The notes under the pieces were generated by a model. That model searched no databases. It worked only from the letters and a program-made list of their open reading frames with translations, and had not been told where the DNA came from. From assembly GCA_963846575.1 (NCBI GenBank), contig CAWJWJ010000002.1:2592001-2656000 (forward strand): a DNA stretch of 64,000 nucleotides, given 5' to 3'. This DNA is from an uncultured Nitrospiraceae bacterium (GTDB taxonomy: Bacteria; Nitrospirota; Nitrospiria; Nitrospirales; Nitrospiraceae). A program made the translations under genes and the position numbers. Positions 47,517-57,426 of this stretch are shown here, piece by piece (within the stretch, counting starts at the first letter, position 1; the number at the start of each line of letters is the position of its first letter).

Positions 47517-49418
47517 TTATTGAGCCGGAAGGCTCACCTTACGGTCAGACACTCGCCGAATGGCCTGGCGAATGCGCTCTTCTTTGGTCGGATCGCCAAG
47601 TCCAAGCTCACGAAATCGTTGCATCAGCTTATCATTGGAAGGATCGAGTTCCAGCGAATGAAGAAGGGCCTCTCGGCCATCCGACAGATGTTGCTGCTTA
47701 AGAAAAATCTCACCGAGGTGCTCATAAATCACGGGATCGTCCCCGACCAGTGCCACCGCCCGTTTCATTTCATTCAAGGCTTCAACGAGTAAACCCTTCT
47801 TAAAGAAGGCCCAGGCGAGACTATCAATATAGTAGCCGTTAGTCGGACGAAGAGCGACAGCTTGCTTCGTCAGAGTAATGGCCTCTTCGATTTTCACGCC
47901 ACGCTCTGCATAGCTATATCCAAGGTAATTCAACGCATCTGCATGATGAGGATCTAAGGTGAGCGTCGTTTGCATAGACTTCACCACCTCATCAAACCGA
48001 TTCAGTTTGTCGTACACCGTCCCGGCATTGAAGTGCAGGTCCGCATTGTCGGGGTTATAGCGAATGCCCTCCAGGAAAGCCTGCAGAGATGGCTCGTACT
48101 GCTCCGACTGAAAATACGAAAGCCCGAGCACAATATGGGATTCCGGCTGCTTCGGATTCAAACGGGTGGCTTCCCGGAGGTGTTCAATCGCATCGGCATA
48201 CTGCTTCAGGCGATACTGCAGGACTCCCAGGTGGAGATGACCCTCGAAATAGGAGGGCTCGAGCGTGAGGTTGTGGCGATAGGCTTCGATCGCCTTCTGA
48301 TAGTCTTTGGTCTCCTCGTACAAGTACCCCAGATAATCGCGTACCTTGAGCTCCGAGGGCCGCGCTGAGAGAATCTGACTCAATTGTTCAATGGCTTTCG
48401 GATAATTCTTCTGTTCCCCGTAGACCAAGCCCATCCGAAGCTGGGCATCGAGATCAGATGGATCCTCGGCCAACATGCCTTCCAATTCCTGAAGCGCCTC
48501 GCCATATTGTTTCGCGGCAACTTGCAGACGAATGAGATGATGCCGGATTTCACGATTCCTCGGATTCACCCCCTGCAGATAACGACGATAGGTACTGATG
48601 GCTTTATCGCGATCCTGCTTGGCTTCATAGACTGAACCTAATGCCACGTACGCCGGCTCGAACGCCGCGTTTAAGGCTACCGCATGCTCGAAATGCGTCG
48701 TCGCTTTGTCAAACTCTCGAGCTTCGACGCTGATGCGCCCTAAATAGTAATATCCCACTGCGGAGTCCGGACTCATCTTGATCCCGGACCGGATGGTGCT
48801 TTCCGCTTCGGCGTAGTGCTTCTGATTCGCCTGTAGCAGGCCTTTGGCAAAATAGTGCTCGCTCCGCTGCGGCTCCTGCTCGATGGCACGGTTGAACAAC
48901 CGTAACCCTTGCTCTGGTTTCCCAGCCGCAGCATACATTCCGCCGATCTGGCCCAGCATCTGTGCATCCAAGCCTGGCACATCTGCCACTTCATCCGCAT
49001 ACCGGAGGGCCGTCGGCACCTCACCCGTCGTGAAATACAGCACAGCCAGCCTGGCCTTCAGGTAGTTGGATGAGGCATCCGTTTGCAGTGCCAGCTGGTA
49101 CTCTTTGATGGCCCGCTCTGTCTCCTGCTCCAACTCGGCCTGGTACCCAAGCAAAAAGTGATAGGACGCCCGGGAATCGGACATTGTGGAACTCGTACGA
49201 GGCGGCGCGGCAACAACCGCCTGATTGACAGGGAGGGCGGGTCGTGTGGACGGGGCGCTCTGACAGGCGGCGCCGAGACAGGAGAGTCCGGCGAGCAGGA
49301 ATCCGACCATTCGCACGCCGGTCCTGCTTTGGGGAGTCTGCACTGGATCGAGATGTTCGCTTCGTTGATGCACAGTCATCCGCTTAACTTGCAGGGAATG
49401 GATCGAGGAGGTGAACAA
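47517..49418 (-). CDS. TPR-repeat lipoprotein
   Basis: Lipobox-like LGAAC, many TPRs and the C-terminal ALNYLGYS...YIDSLAW...EHLGE pattern. The true start is probably downstream of 49418. Confidence 0.82.
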   Translation of the reverse strand: MFTSSIHSLQVKRMTVHQRSEHLDPVQTPQSRTGVRMVGFLLAGLSCLGAACQSAPSTRPALPVNQAVVAAPPRTSSTMSDSRASYHFLLGYQAELEQETERAIKEYQLALQTDASSNYLKARLAVLYFTTGEVPTALRYADEVADVPGLDAQMLGQIGGMYAAAGKPEQGLRLFNRAIEQEPQRSEHYFAKGLLQANQKHYAEAESTIRSGIKMSPDSAVGYYYLGRISVEAREFDKATTHFEHAVALNAAFEPAYVALGSVYEAKQDRDKAISTYRRYLQGVNPRNREIRHHLIRLQVAAKQYGEALQELEGMLAEDPSDLDAQLRMGLVYGEQKNYPKAIEQLSQILSARPSELKVRDYLGYLYEETKDYQKAIEAYRHNLTLEPSYFEGHLHLGVLQYRLKQYADAIEHLREATRLNPKQPESHIVLGLSYFQSEQYEPSLQAFLEGIRYNPDNADLHFNAGTVYDKLNRFDEVVKSMQTTLTLDPHHADALNYLGYSYAERGVKIEEAITLTKQAVALRPTNGYYIDSLAWAFFKKGLLVEALNEMKRAVALVGDDPVIYEHLGEIFLKQQHLSDGREALLHSLELDPSNDKLMQRFRELGLGDPTKEERIRQAIRRVSDRKVSLPAQ

Positions 49419-49454
49419 GTCTTTCGGAATTATACCGGCCCTAGAAAGGAAGCG

Positions 49455-50810
49455 TCAAACGACCTCGCGAGTCTCGAGGTTCTCGAACTTGGCGAACCGA
49501 TCGTGAAAGAACAATTCCCTCTTTCCGATGGGACCATTTCGATGTTTGCTGACGAGGATATCCGCGATGCCTTTCCGTTCCGTGCCCGGTTCGTACACTT
49601 CTTCACGGTAGATAAACATGACCACGTCGGCATCTTGTTCGATGGCGCCGCTTTCGCGAAGGTCTGCCAGCATGGGAATCGGGGGCTTTCTGGCTTCGAC
49701 CGCACGGCTGAGCTGAGACAGCGCGATGACAGGAACGTTAAGCTCTTTCGCCAGGCTCTTTAACGACCGCGAGATATCGGAAATCTCCTGCTGTCGTGAC
49801 TCGGAATCACTCTTTCCCTGCATTAACTGCAAATAGTCCACGATCAGCAAATCGAGGCCGCGTTCGGCTTTGAGACGTCGGGCTTTTCCTCGCATCTGCT
49901 GGACAGTCACTGCGCCCGAGTCGTCGATAAAGATCGGCGCTTGCTCCAGTTTTCCGGCTGCCTCAGCGAGACGCCACCAGTCTTCCTTCTGCAAACGGCC
50001 GGTCCGAAGCGCATGCGAATCGACGCGCGCTTCGGAACTCAACATACGGAGGACGAGTTGTGGTTTCGACATTTCAAGGCTGAAAATCCCAACCACAGTT
50101 CCCCCATGCAGCGCGGCATGTTGTGCCATTCCCAGTGCAAGACTCGTCTTTCCCATACTCGGACGGCCGGCAATAACGATCAGGTCGGACGGTTGCAGCC
50201 CTGCCGTCAAATCATCCAAATCAATATATCCCGTCGGCACGCCAGTCACCCGTTCCTTCCGCTTCGACAACCGATCCACAACATCAAGACTCTCCTTGAT
50301 GATTTGATTAACCGGCGTGAAGGATCGATCGAGCTTTCCCTGGGCGAGGCCAAAGATGGAACGTTCGGCGAAATCGAGCAACTCATCGACCGCCGCTGTG
50401 CCGTCGTAACCCCTGGTGATCACTTCGGTTGAAGTGTGGATGAGCCCTCGGAGCAATGCCTTATCGCGGACGATTTTACTGTGGTACCGAATGTTGGCGG
50501 CAGTGGGGACGGCTTGCACGAGCTCCGCCAGGTAGGCCGATCCGCCCACGGCATCCAGCTCTGATCGGCCCTTGAGACTTTCGGTCAAGGTGATCTGGTC
50601 GATCACTTCGCCACGATCCGATAGCTCCAGCATTGCCTGATAAATCTTGCGGTGAGAGGTGCGATAAAACTCTTCATCCGTCAGAATTTCCATGGCCTTG
50701 GCCATGGCGGTGTTGTCCAAAAGGATCGCACCGAGGACCGACTGTTCGGCTTCGACATTCTGTGGCGGCAGTTTAGGAGAGGCCAGATCGACGGAGGAGA
50801 GCGCTTTCAT
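49455..50810 (-). CDS. dnaB: Replicative DNA helicase
   Basis: PPQNVEAEQSVLG, GRPSMGKT, FSLEMS, VDYLQL, LSQLSR, DLRESGAIEQDAD and KHRNGP motifs. Confidence 0.97.
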   Translation of the reverse strand: MKALSSVDLASPKLPPQNVEAEQSVLGAILLDNTAMAKAMEILTDEEFYRTSHRKIYQAMLELSDRGEVIDQITLTESLKGRSELDAVGGSAYLAELVQAVPTAANIRYHSKIVRDKALLRGLIHTSTEVITRGYDGTAAVDELLDFAERSIFGLAQGKLDRSFTPVNQIIKESLDVVDRLSKRKERVTGVPTGYIDLDDLTAGLQPSDLIVIAGRPSMGKTSLALGMAQHAALHGGTVVGIFSLEMSKPQLVLRMLSSEARVDSHALRTGRLQKEDWWRLAEAAGKLEQAPIFIDDSGAVTVQQMRGKARRLKAERGLDLLIVDYLQLMQGKSDSESRQQEISDISRSLKSLAKELNVPVIALSQLSRAVEARKPPIPMLADLRESGAIEQDADVVMFIYREEVYEPGTERKGIADILVSKHRNGPIGKRELFFHDRFAKFENLETREVV

Positions 50811-50812
50811 TT

Positions 50813-51937
50813 CTAGCTCCTTCGCCGCCCGCGTGGAGGCACTGACGACGGCTTAGCTTGATTGCCCGCAGCCGCACTCACGGGGTGAATGGTGCGGGCC
50901 TCGCCTGACATATCGACGGCCCGAAACAGGCGATCTACATCGAGGGCAAACCCTGTGGATGCTGCCATCCGACCGAATCGACCCATGAGATGATCGTATC
51001 GACCGCCACCGCCCAACTCCGCACCGATACCGGGTGCGAACACATCGAATACAATCCCGTCATAATACTCGAACCCGCGAAATTCTCCGAGATCGATCAA
51101 TACGGCCCGTTGGCCTGGCAAAACGAGCCGTTCATAGACCTGAGCCAGGCGGTCGAGTGGTCGCAAGAGGGCGCGATCGCGCCCCACTAATTTCCGGCCC
51201 CTGGCCAGGACCTCCGACCCACCGCAGAGCTCTAGGGCTTCCAAAATGACCCTGGCCGTCGCGCGTGGCACGCCATCCCGCGTAAGCAGAGTCTCCAGCA
51301 GGGGCATGTCTTTTCTGGCCGCTGCTTGCTCCACGCGTTTTTGTCCTTCTGTCGACAAACCGGCGCGAACCAACAAAGCCGTAAAAAATCCTACGTGCCC
51401 GACTGCAACCTTGAACGAATCCAATCCCACCTGATGCAGACACTCAAGCAAGAAAGTGAGCACCTCGGCGTCGCCAGCCACACCATCCACGCCAATGAGT
51501 TCTGCCCCGACCTGGAAGATTTCCCGGTCGCGCCCGGCGTGCTCGCGTTCATAACGAAAGACCGACGTGCGATAACACAGGCGTAGCGGAAGACGCGTCC
51601 CCATCATCCCCATAGCGACCGTCCGAGCAATTTGCGCAGTCGCGTCGGGGCGCAACAGCATCAGTCGGCCCGTAGCCCGATCGACAAACTGATAACTCTT
51701 TTCGATCAGGTCTGGTTCCAGACCTGGCGCGAGGACATCCAGATACTCGAACATAGGTAGGATGATCTCTTCATAGCCCCCCTGAGCTAAAACCGCGAGA
51801 AGCGTCTGTTCGAGATGGCGGATGCGGCGCGCGGCCGCAGGAAGAATCGTGCTCATCCCCACGGGGATTAAAGACCGTTCCTGACCTGCCACACGAAGGG
51901 CGGAGGGAAAATGAGCTTTCAACGAAAGCGAGCCCAT
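50813..51937 (-). CDS. hisZ: ATP phosphoribosyltransferase regulatory subunit
   Basis: LRPDATAQIAR, REIFQVGAELIG, YYDG, GGGRYD and TGFA motifs; lacks the HisRS anticodon-binding domain. Confidence 0.85.
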   Translation of the reverse strand: MGSLSLKAHFPSALRVAGQERSLIPVGMSTILPAAARRIRHLEQTLLAVLAQGGYEEIILPMFEYLDVLAPGLEPDLIEKSYQFVDRATGRLMLLRPDATAQIARTVAMGMMGTRLPLRLCYRTSVFRYEREHAGRDREIFQVGAELIGVDGVAGDAEVLTFLLECLHQVGLDSFKVAVGHVGFFTALLVRAGLSTEGQKRVEQAAARKDMPLLETLLTRDGVPRATARVILEALELCGGSEVLARGRKLVGRDRALLRPLDRLAQVYERLVLPGQRAVLIDLGEFRGFEYYDGIVFDVFAPGIGAELGGGGRYDHLMGRFGRMAASTGFALDVDRLFRAVDMSGEARTIHPVSAAAGNQAKPSSVPPRGRRRS

Positions 51938-51955
51938 GGTCGACTGCCGGGCAAT

Positions 51956-53548
51956 CTACAAACCTTTCGATAGGTCTGCGACCTTCACGGAAAGGATGTG
52001 CTTGCTGTTCGTAATGTGATCCAGCACGGACGTGGGAAGCGGCGCATCAAGTCCGAAAATCAACAAGGCCTTGCCGCCACGCTCTTCTCGTGAACACTGC
52101 ATGCGCGCGATATTAATATTGTGATCGCCCAACACGTGACCCACTGTACCGATCACGCCTGGACGGTCTTCGTTCAAAATTAAGAGGAGGTGGTTGTCCG
52201 GTACCACTTCCACCTTGAACTGATCGATCTCAATGATGCGCGGGTCCTTGCGACTGTAGAGGGTCCCGGCCACCTGGTGGGATTTTTTTCCGGCTTCCAC
52301 ACGGACGCGAATCACGCTGGTAAAATCACCGGCGTCGTTACTCTTAACCTCTTTCACTTCTATTCCGCGCTCTTTTGCCACGATGGGCGCATTCACATAG
52401 TTTATGGGATCTTCGAGAATAGGAGTGAGAAGCCCTTTCAGCACCGCAATTGTCAGAGGCGCCACACTCATTCCGGCGACCTCCCCGCTGTATTCGACGG
52501 TCAATCGTTCCAACCCGCCCTCTAATAGCTGCGCTTGCAAGAGTCCTACGCGCTCTCCGAGCGAGAGATACGGCTGAAGCTGGGGCAACAGTTCGGGAGA
52601 CACCGAGGGAATGTTCACCGCGCCGCGAGCGATGCCCTTGGTGAAATACTCGACGATCTGCTCTGCAATTCCGACGGCCACATTCTCCTGCGCTTCCGTC
52701 GTGGAAGCGCCGATGTGCGGCGAGCAGATGAAATTGTCCAGCGCCAACAGCGGGTTGTCTGGTTTCACCGGCTCATCTTCAAATACATCAAACGCCGCGG
52801 CAGCGACTCGCTTGGACTTCAGCGCTTCGCAGAGATCCCCCTCATGCACGATGCCGCCACGCGCACAATTGGCGATCATGACACCGGGTTTCATTTTGGC
52901 GATGGCTTGGGCGTTGATGAGGGATTTGGTTTCCGGGGTCAACGGAGTATGTACCGAAATCACATCCGCACGGCGAAAGAGCTCATCCAATTCAACGACG
53001 GTCACACCCATCTTCTGGGCTCGCTCCTGCGCGAGGTATGGATCGTACGCCATGACTTGCATTCCGATGCCCTGGGCTAACTTGGTGAGATATCCGCCGA
53101 TTTGTCCGACGCCGACAATACCGAGCACCTTATTATAGAGTTCCACGCCCATGAACTTTTCTTTTTCCCACTTACCCGTCTTCGTCGAGGCCGTAGCTTG
53201 CGGGATTCGCCGTGACATCGAAAAGATCATCGCCATGGTATGCTCGGCGGTTGTCACAGTATTCCCGCCCGGGGTATTCATCACAACAATGCCACGACGA
53301 GTTGCCGCTGGCGTATCAACGTTATCCAAGCCGGATCCGGCTCGACCTACTACCTTGAGTTGACCGGCTGCAGCGATCACCTCGGCCGTGACCTTGGTGC
53401 CAGACCGGACGATCAGCCCGTCCGCATCCTTAATCTCTTTCAGCAACTCTTCTTTTGGCAGCTTGGTTTTGACCACGACCGTAAAGCCGGCCTTTTCTAA
53501 TACTTCCACCCCTTGCTTCGACAGACTATCGCTGACCAAGATTTTCAT
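51956..53548 (-). CDS. serA: D-3-phosphoglycerate dehydrogenase
   Basis: RAGSGLDNVD, NTVTTAEH, GVGQIG, NCARGG, DVFEDEP and PHIGASTTEAQ motifs; ASB and ACT (DRPGVIG) domains. Confidence 0.95.
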   Translation of the reverse strand: MKILVSDSLSKQGVEVLEKAGFTVVVKTKLPKEELLKEIKDADGLIVRSGTKVTAEVIAAAGQLKVVGRAGSGLDNVDTPAATRRGIVVMNTPGGNTVTTAEHTMAMIFSMSRRIPQATASTKTGKWEKEKFMGVELYNKVLGIVGVGQIGGYLTKLAQGIGMQVMAYDPYLAQERAQKMGVTVVELDELFRRADVISVHTPLTPETKSLINAQAIAKMKPGVMIANCARGGIVHEGDLCEALKSKRVAAAAFDVFEDEPVKPDNPLLALDNFICSPHIGASTTEAQENVAVGIAEQIVEYFTKGIARGAVNIPSVSPELLPQLQPYLSLGERVGLLQAQLLEGGLERLTVEYSGEVAGMSVAPLTIAVLKGLLTPILEDPINYVNAPIVAKERGIEVKEVKSNDAGDFTSVIRVRVEAGKKSHQVAGTLYSRKDPRIIEIDQFKVEVVPDNHLLLILNEDRPGVIGTVGHVLGDHNINIARMQCSREERGGKALLIFGLDAPLPTSVLDHITNSKHILSVKVADLSKGL

Positions 53549-53576
53549 TGTCGTGGCGCCTTACCTGAAGGTGAGT

Positions 53577-54722
53577 CTAGGACTTCCCCATAATAATTTC
53601 TTGAGCCTTCGCTACCCCACTGCCAAGCTTCACCGGGTAGCCAAGCCCCTTAATAACCATTTCCACCGCCGCCAGAGCCGTGATAACGTCAAAACTGTCG
53701 ATGTAGCCCATATGCGAAATGCGGAAAATTTTGCCCTTGAGATGATCCTGCCCACCTGCAGCGGTCATCCCATACTGTGTCCGCAAATTTTTATAGACCG
53801 CCTGCCCATCCACCCCTTCCGGAGCAAGGATTGCCGTCAAAGCGTCGCTCGGACGCTCCTGAGGAAACAAGGCGAGGCCAGCCGCTTTCACGCCTTCCCG
53901 CATCGCGGTCGCTAACATCGCATGCCGAGCAAAAACTGCCTCCAGGCCCTCGCCTTTGAGAATGTTCATGACCTCTTTCAGGCCCAAAATCAGCGATACG
54001 GCTGGAGTATAGGCAGTGGTGCTCTTCTGCTGGTTCTCTCGTTCACGCTTGAAGTTAAAATAAAATGCCGCGTTCTTCGCCTTATCAGCAAGGCGCCAGG
54101 CCTTCTCGCTCACACTGGCAAATGCCAGTCCGGGGGGCAACATGAGCGCCTTTTGCGAGCCGGTGATTACGACATCAAGGCCCCAGGCATCTGTCTTCAG
54201 GTCGAGCACTCCCAACGCGGTGATCGCATCGACCACCAAAATAGTGTCCTCATACCCTTTGACAATGTCGGCCAAAGCTTTGACATCATGCGCCACTGCC
54301 GTGGAGGTTTCGCTTGCCTGCACGTAAACGGCTTTGATCGACGGATCTTTTTTCAACGCCTCCGCAACGGCCTGAGGATCTACCGCCCGTCCCCATTCCA
54401 CCTTTAACTCCGTCACTTGGACACCGAAAGCTTTACACAGCTTCGTCCAGCGCTCACCGAACTTGCCTCCATTCACCGTGAGCGCTTTATCGCCGGGTGA
54501 GAGGAAGTTTGAGACCGAGCCTTCCATGCCTCCGGTGCCGGATGCCGCAAGAATCAAGACATCGTTCCTGGTCTGAAACAACCACTTCAGGTCTTCGCGA
54601 ACTTCGCCGAAAAGTTTATCGAACTCAGGAGCCCGGTGGTGAATCATCGGTCTGGCCATGGCCAGTAGCACCTCCGGAGGAACGGGGGTGGGTCCGGGAG
54701 CCAGCAAATACCGTTTGAGCAT
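53577..54722 (-). CDS. Class V PLP aminotransferase (alanine-glyoxylate/serine-pyruvate family)
   Basis: PGPTPVP, HHR, SGTGGME, ETST, VDAI, GSQKALMLPPGL and FRISHMG motifs. Confidence 0.9.
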   Translation of the reverse strand: MLKRYLLAPGPTPVPPEVLLAMARPMIHHRAPEFDKLFGEVREDLKWLFQTRNDVLILAASGTGGMEGSVSNFLSPGDKALTVNGGKFGERWTKLCKAFGVQVTELKVEWGRAVDPQAVAEALKKDPSIKAVYVQASETSTAVAHDVKALADIVKGYEDTILVVDAITALGVLDLKTDAWGLDVVITGSQKALMLPPGLAFASVSEKAWRLADKAKNAAFYFNFKRERENQQKSTTAYTPAVSLILGLKEVMNILKGEGLEAVFARHAMLATAMREGVKAAGLALFPQERPSDALTAILAPEGVDGQAVYKNLRTQYGMTAAGGQDHLKGKIFRISHMGYIDSFDVITALAAVEMVIKGLGYPVKLGSGVAKAQEIIMGKS

Positions 54723-54785
54723 GGAACGAACCTCCTCACTTTGCGACTTGCGGAAGGGACAATGTCAGGGATTTAGAAGGGGCGT

Positions 54786-54814
54786 ACGCTACCATAGCCC
54801 CCCCGAGGTGTCAA
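54786..54814 (-). promoter_or_regulatory. Sigma70-type promoter for the aminotransferase-serA-hisZ-dnaB run
   Basis: Minus strand TTGACA-17 nt-TAGCGT with an extended -10 TG. Confidence 0.55.
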
Positions 54815-54954
54815 GGTAAGGAACTCCGAAGATGCTTGTCATTTCATGGAGTTCAAAGGTGAGGGTGCGAGGATAAACTCACAACGTGGAATACGTAAAT
54901 CCCGGCAGGCCGCAGGCAATGCAATTTCGCCGACGATCCAACTCCCTCAATTTC

Positions 54955-54983
54955 TTGACAAGTTGGAACCGCATCGATAGTCT
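54955..54983 (+). promoter_or_regulatory. Sigma70-type promoter for mltD
   Basis: TTGACA-17 nt-TAGTCT, about 50 bp upstream of the ATG. Confidence 0.55.
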
Positions 54984-55033
54984 ACCTTTCATCATGCAGC
55001 ATTGACCACTTCCTGAATAAGTTAGGTACTGCT

Positions 55034-56437
55034 ATGTATGCTCCATTTGTGGATGCCAGATTTCCCAAGCTAACCTGCTTTGCCCTCTCTTTAGTTTTGT
55101 TGTCCTCCCCGGTCGCCGGACATGCCGAGGACACGATTCCGCCTGAAGCAGAACTGAATCCGACCACTGAGACGACCACACAGGGCACTGACCTTCCCCA
55201 GGAACCTGAGTACTTGATTGATCAGGAAGATCGCGCCGCTGCCGCAGCAAGCGAGGCTGCGGAAGGTCCGGCAGCCGATGACCCGACAGTCGCCGCCACC
55301 GAGCCATCCACAGAGGTCCCCCCTGCAGAAGCACTGCTTCAACTGAAGCCTCTTACCGGCGTTACAGCCAGATTCACGGACCTGTTAGTCCCTCCAGCGG
55401 AGGTCGCCCAAGTAACGCCCTCCCCGGAGGAACAGGACTCAGATGAGGTCACAGCCTACAATGTGCCCATCGTGCTCGATCCTTCCGTGCAGGGACATAT
55501 TCGCTTCTTCAACGTGTCGATTCGTAACCGGTTCGAACAATGGCTTATCCGACTCAGCCACTATCGACCTCTAGTGGACAGCATTTTCTCTGAATTCCAA
55601 TTGCCCAGCGACCTCATTTATCTGTCTCTGGTCGAAAGCGGATTCAACCCCCATGCCTATTCACGCGCACGGGCGGCGGGACCCTGGCAGTTCATGAAGG
55701 GCACGGCAAAGGTGTACGGCTTGCGGGTGGATAGTTATGTGGACGAACGACGTGATCCCGTCAAATCGACGGTGGCAGCGGCACGCTACCTGCGTGACCT
55801 GTACGACCTATTTGGAACATGGCCTCTGGCGATGGCCGCCTACAATGCCGGGGAAGGTAAGGTGATGCGGGCGCTTCATACCGCACAGGCCGAAAGCTTT
55901 TCGGACATCGCCAAAACCCGCCTCATCCGACGGGAGACCAAGGAATACGTGCCTCGTTTCATGGCCGCGACCATTATCGCGAAGAACCCGGATCGTTATG
56001 GATTTCCGCAGAATGAGACCCGGCCACATCAGTTTGAAGAGGTGGTGGTGGGACGCCCCATCCACTTCAAAGCCATTGCCAATCTGACAGGCATTTCCTA
56101 CCAGGAGTTGAAAGTCCTCAACCCGGAATTGCGGCGGGATGCCACGCCGCCAGATGATCCCGAATATCGGCTAAAAGTTCCAACGGGGACGAGAGAGCGG
56201 GTAGAACAGCTACTGCACCGAGCCCCGACCCATAAGTTTGCACCGCTGAGCGTCTCAGGCAAGGGCCGGCAAATCAAGAGAGAACCTGACTCCCCCAAAT
56301 GGTACCGTGTTCGTGTTGGGGATTCCCTCGAGAAGATCGCCAAGCGCTTCAAGATCTCCGTCAAAAGTCTGCAGGCGAAGAACAACCTCACAGGACATAC
56401 CATCAAGGCAGGGAGCCGGCTCCTTATCGCACACTAG
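55034..56437 (+). CDS. mltD: Lytic murein transglycosylase with LysM (MltD-like)
   Basis: VESGFNP, AAGPWQFM, DERRDP, AAYNAGEG and ETKEYVP motifs; LysM YRVRVGDSLEKIA. Confidence 0.88.
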   Translation: MYAPFVDARFPKLTCFALSLVLLSSPVAGHAEDTIPPEAELNPTTETTTQGTDLPQEPEYLIDQEDRAAAAASEAAEGPAADDPTVAATEPSTEVPPAEALLQLKPLTGVTARFTDLLVPPAEVAQVTPSPEEQDSDEVTAYNVPIVLDPSVQGHIRFFNVSIRNRFEQWLIRLSHYRPLVDSIFSEFQLPSDLIYLSLVESGFNPHAYSRARAAGPWQFMKGTAKVYGLRVDSYVDERRDPVKSTVAAARYLRDLYDLFGTWPLAMAAYNAGEGKVMRALHTAQAESFSDIAKTRLIRRETKEYVPRFMAATIIAKNPDRYGFPQNETRPHQFEEVVVGRPIHFKAIANLTGISYQELKVLNPELRRDATPPDDPEYRLKVPTGTRERVEQLLHRAPTHKFAPLSVSGKGRQIKREPDSPKWYRVRVGDSLEKIAKRFKISVKSLQAKNNLTGHTIKAGSRLLIAH

Positions 56438-56475
56438 CTCGCTGACGGCCCGTTTGATTATCGAGAAGCGACCGG

Positions 56476-57309
56476 CTAGGGCTTCTTTTTTGATGTCGGT
56501 GCAGGGGACTTGCTTGAGTTTTTCGCAGGCGCTTCGGATTGAGGAGCAGGCGCACTCCCCGAGGAGGCAGGCGTGACCTCGGTGGACTGGCTATCCGGGG
56601 ACTTCTTCACTTCCAATACCTTCACACGAACGGCAGCCTCACTCGTAAAGGGCGAGTTCGGATAATTCTTCATCAGGTCCTGATAGTGCGCAAGCGCCCC
56701 CTCAGGACGGGATTGCGACTCCTCCATCTTTGCCAATTCAAAGAGCACCTGGTCTTTGTTGAGCGCACCAGGAATTTCGAGAATGCCGGCGAACGCCTTA
56801 GCGGCCTGATCCCGGTCACCTTTTACAAGATAGGCATAGGCCAACCGTTGCTGGACAAGCCCTAGCAATGAGGGGTTGGAGCTGTAGAGCAGCATGAAGC
56901 GTTTGTAACTTTCAATGCCCGCGTCGATCTCATTGCCCAAAACCTGGGCGTTGCCCAGATGGAACAAGGCTAAGGGCGCGACAGAAGTCCGTGAGTACTG
57001 ATCCACGACCTGTTTGTACAAATTAATGGCCTGCGAGAGCTGCTCTTGCGCTTTCTTCGGATCGTCCGCCGGCCGGTTGAGATAATGAAGCGTCGCTTCC
57101 TGGTCCAGTTCCCGTGCCTTCAACGTAGCCTGATAGTCGTACCAGATGACCCCGATGATGACGGCGGCAGCTATCAGGATGACGCCGAGCCCGACCAGCA
57201 GCGCCCGCCGCTGCTCCTGTAGCACCAGGAGAAACCGCTCCACTCCGCTCAGCAGGTGCGTCTCATCGAGCGGATCAGCTTTAGCAGGAACCTTGATGCG
57301 ATAGCTCAT
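56476..57309 (-). CDS. Membrane-anchored TPR protein (YfgM-like)
   Basis: One N-terminal TM, TPR-like helices and a Ser/Pro/Lys-rich tail. Confidence 0.7.
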   Translation of the reverse strand: MSYRIKVPAKADPLDETHLLSGVERFLLVLQEQRRALLVGLGVILIAAAVIIGVIWYDYQATLKARELDQEATLHYLNRPADDPKKAQEQLSQAINLYKQVVDQYSRTSVAPLALFHLGNAQVLGNEIDAGIESYKRFMLLYSSNPSLLGLVQQRLAYAYLVKGDRDQAAKAFAGILEIPGALNKDQVLFELAKMEESQSRPEGALAHYQDLMKNYPNSPFTSEAAVRVKVLEVKKSPDSQSTEVTPASSGSAPAPQSEAPAKNSSKSPAPTSKKKP

Positions 57310-57426
57310 TGATGCACGATCATCTTGTCGGGATAAAAGAAGCGGTCGTTTCCGGCAGCATCGCGCCTTATACTAGGGACGAGTCAGCCTTGTCAAATAT
57401 CACGACCATCGAGCGAAAACGCAGCT

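Noticed and set aside
50813..51937. Histidyl-tRNA synthetase
   Set aside because: It is too short and lacks the anticodon-binding domain, consistent with HisZ.
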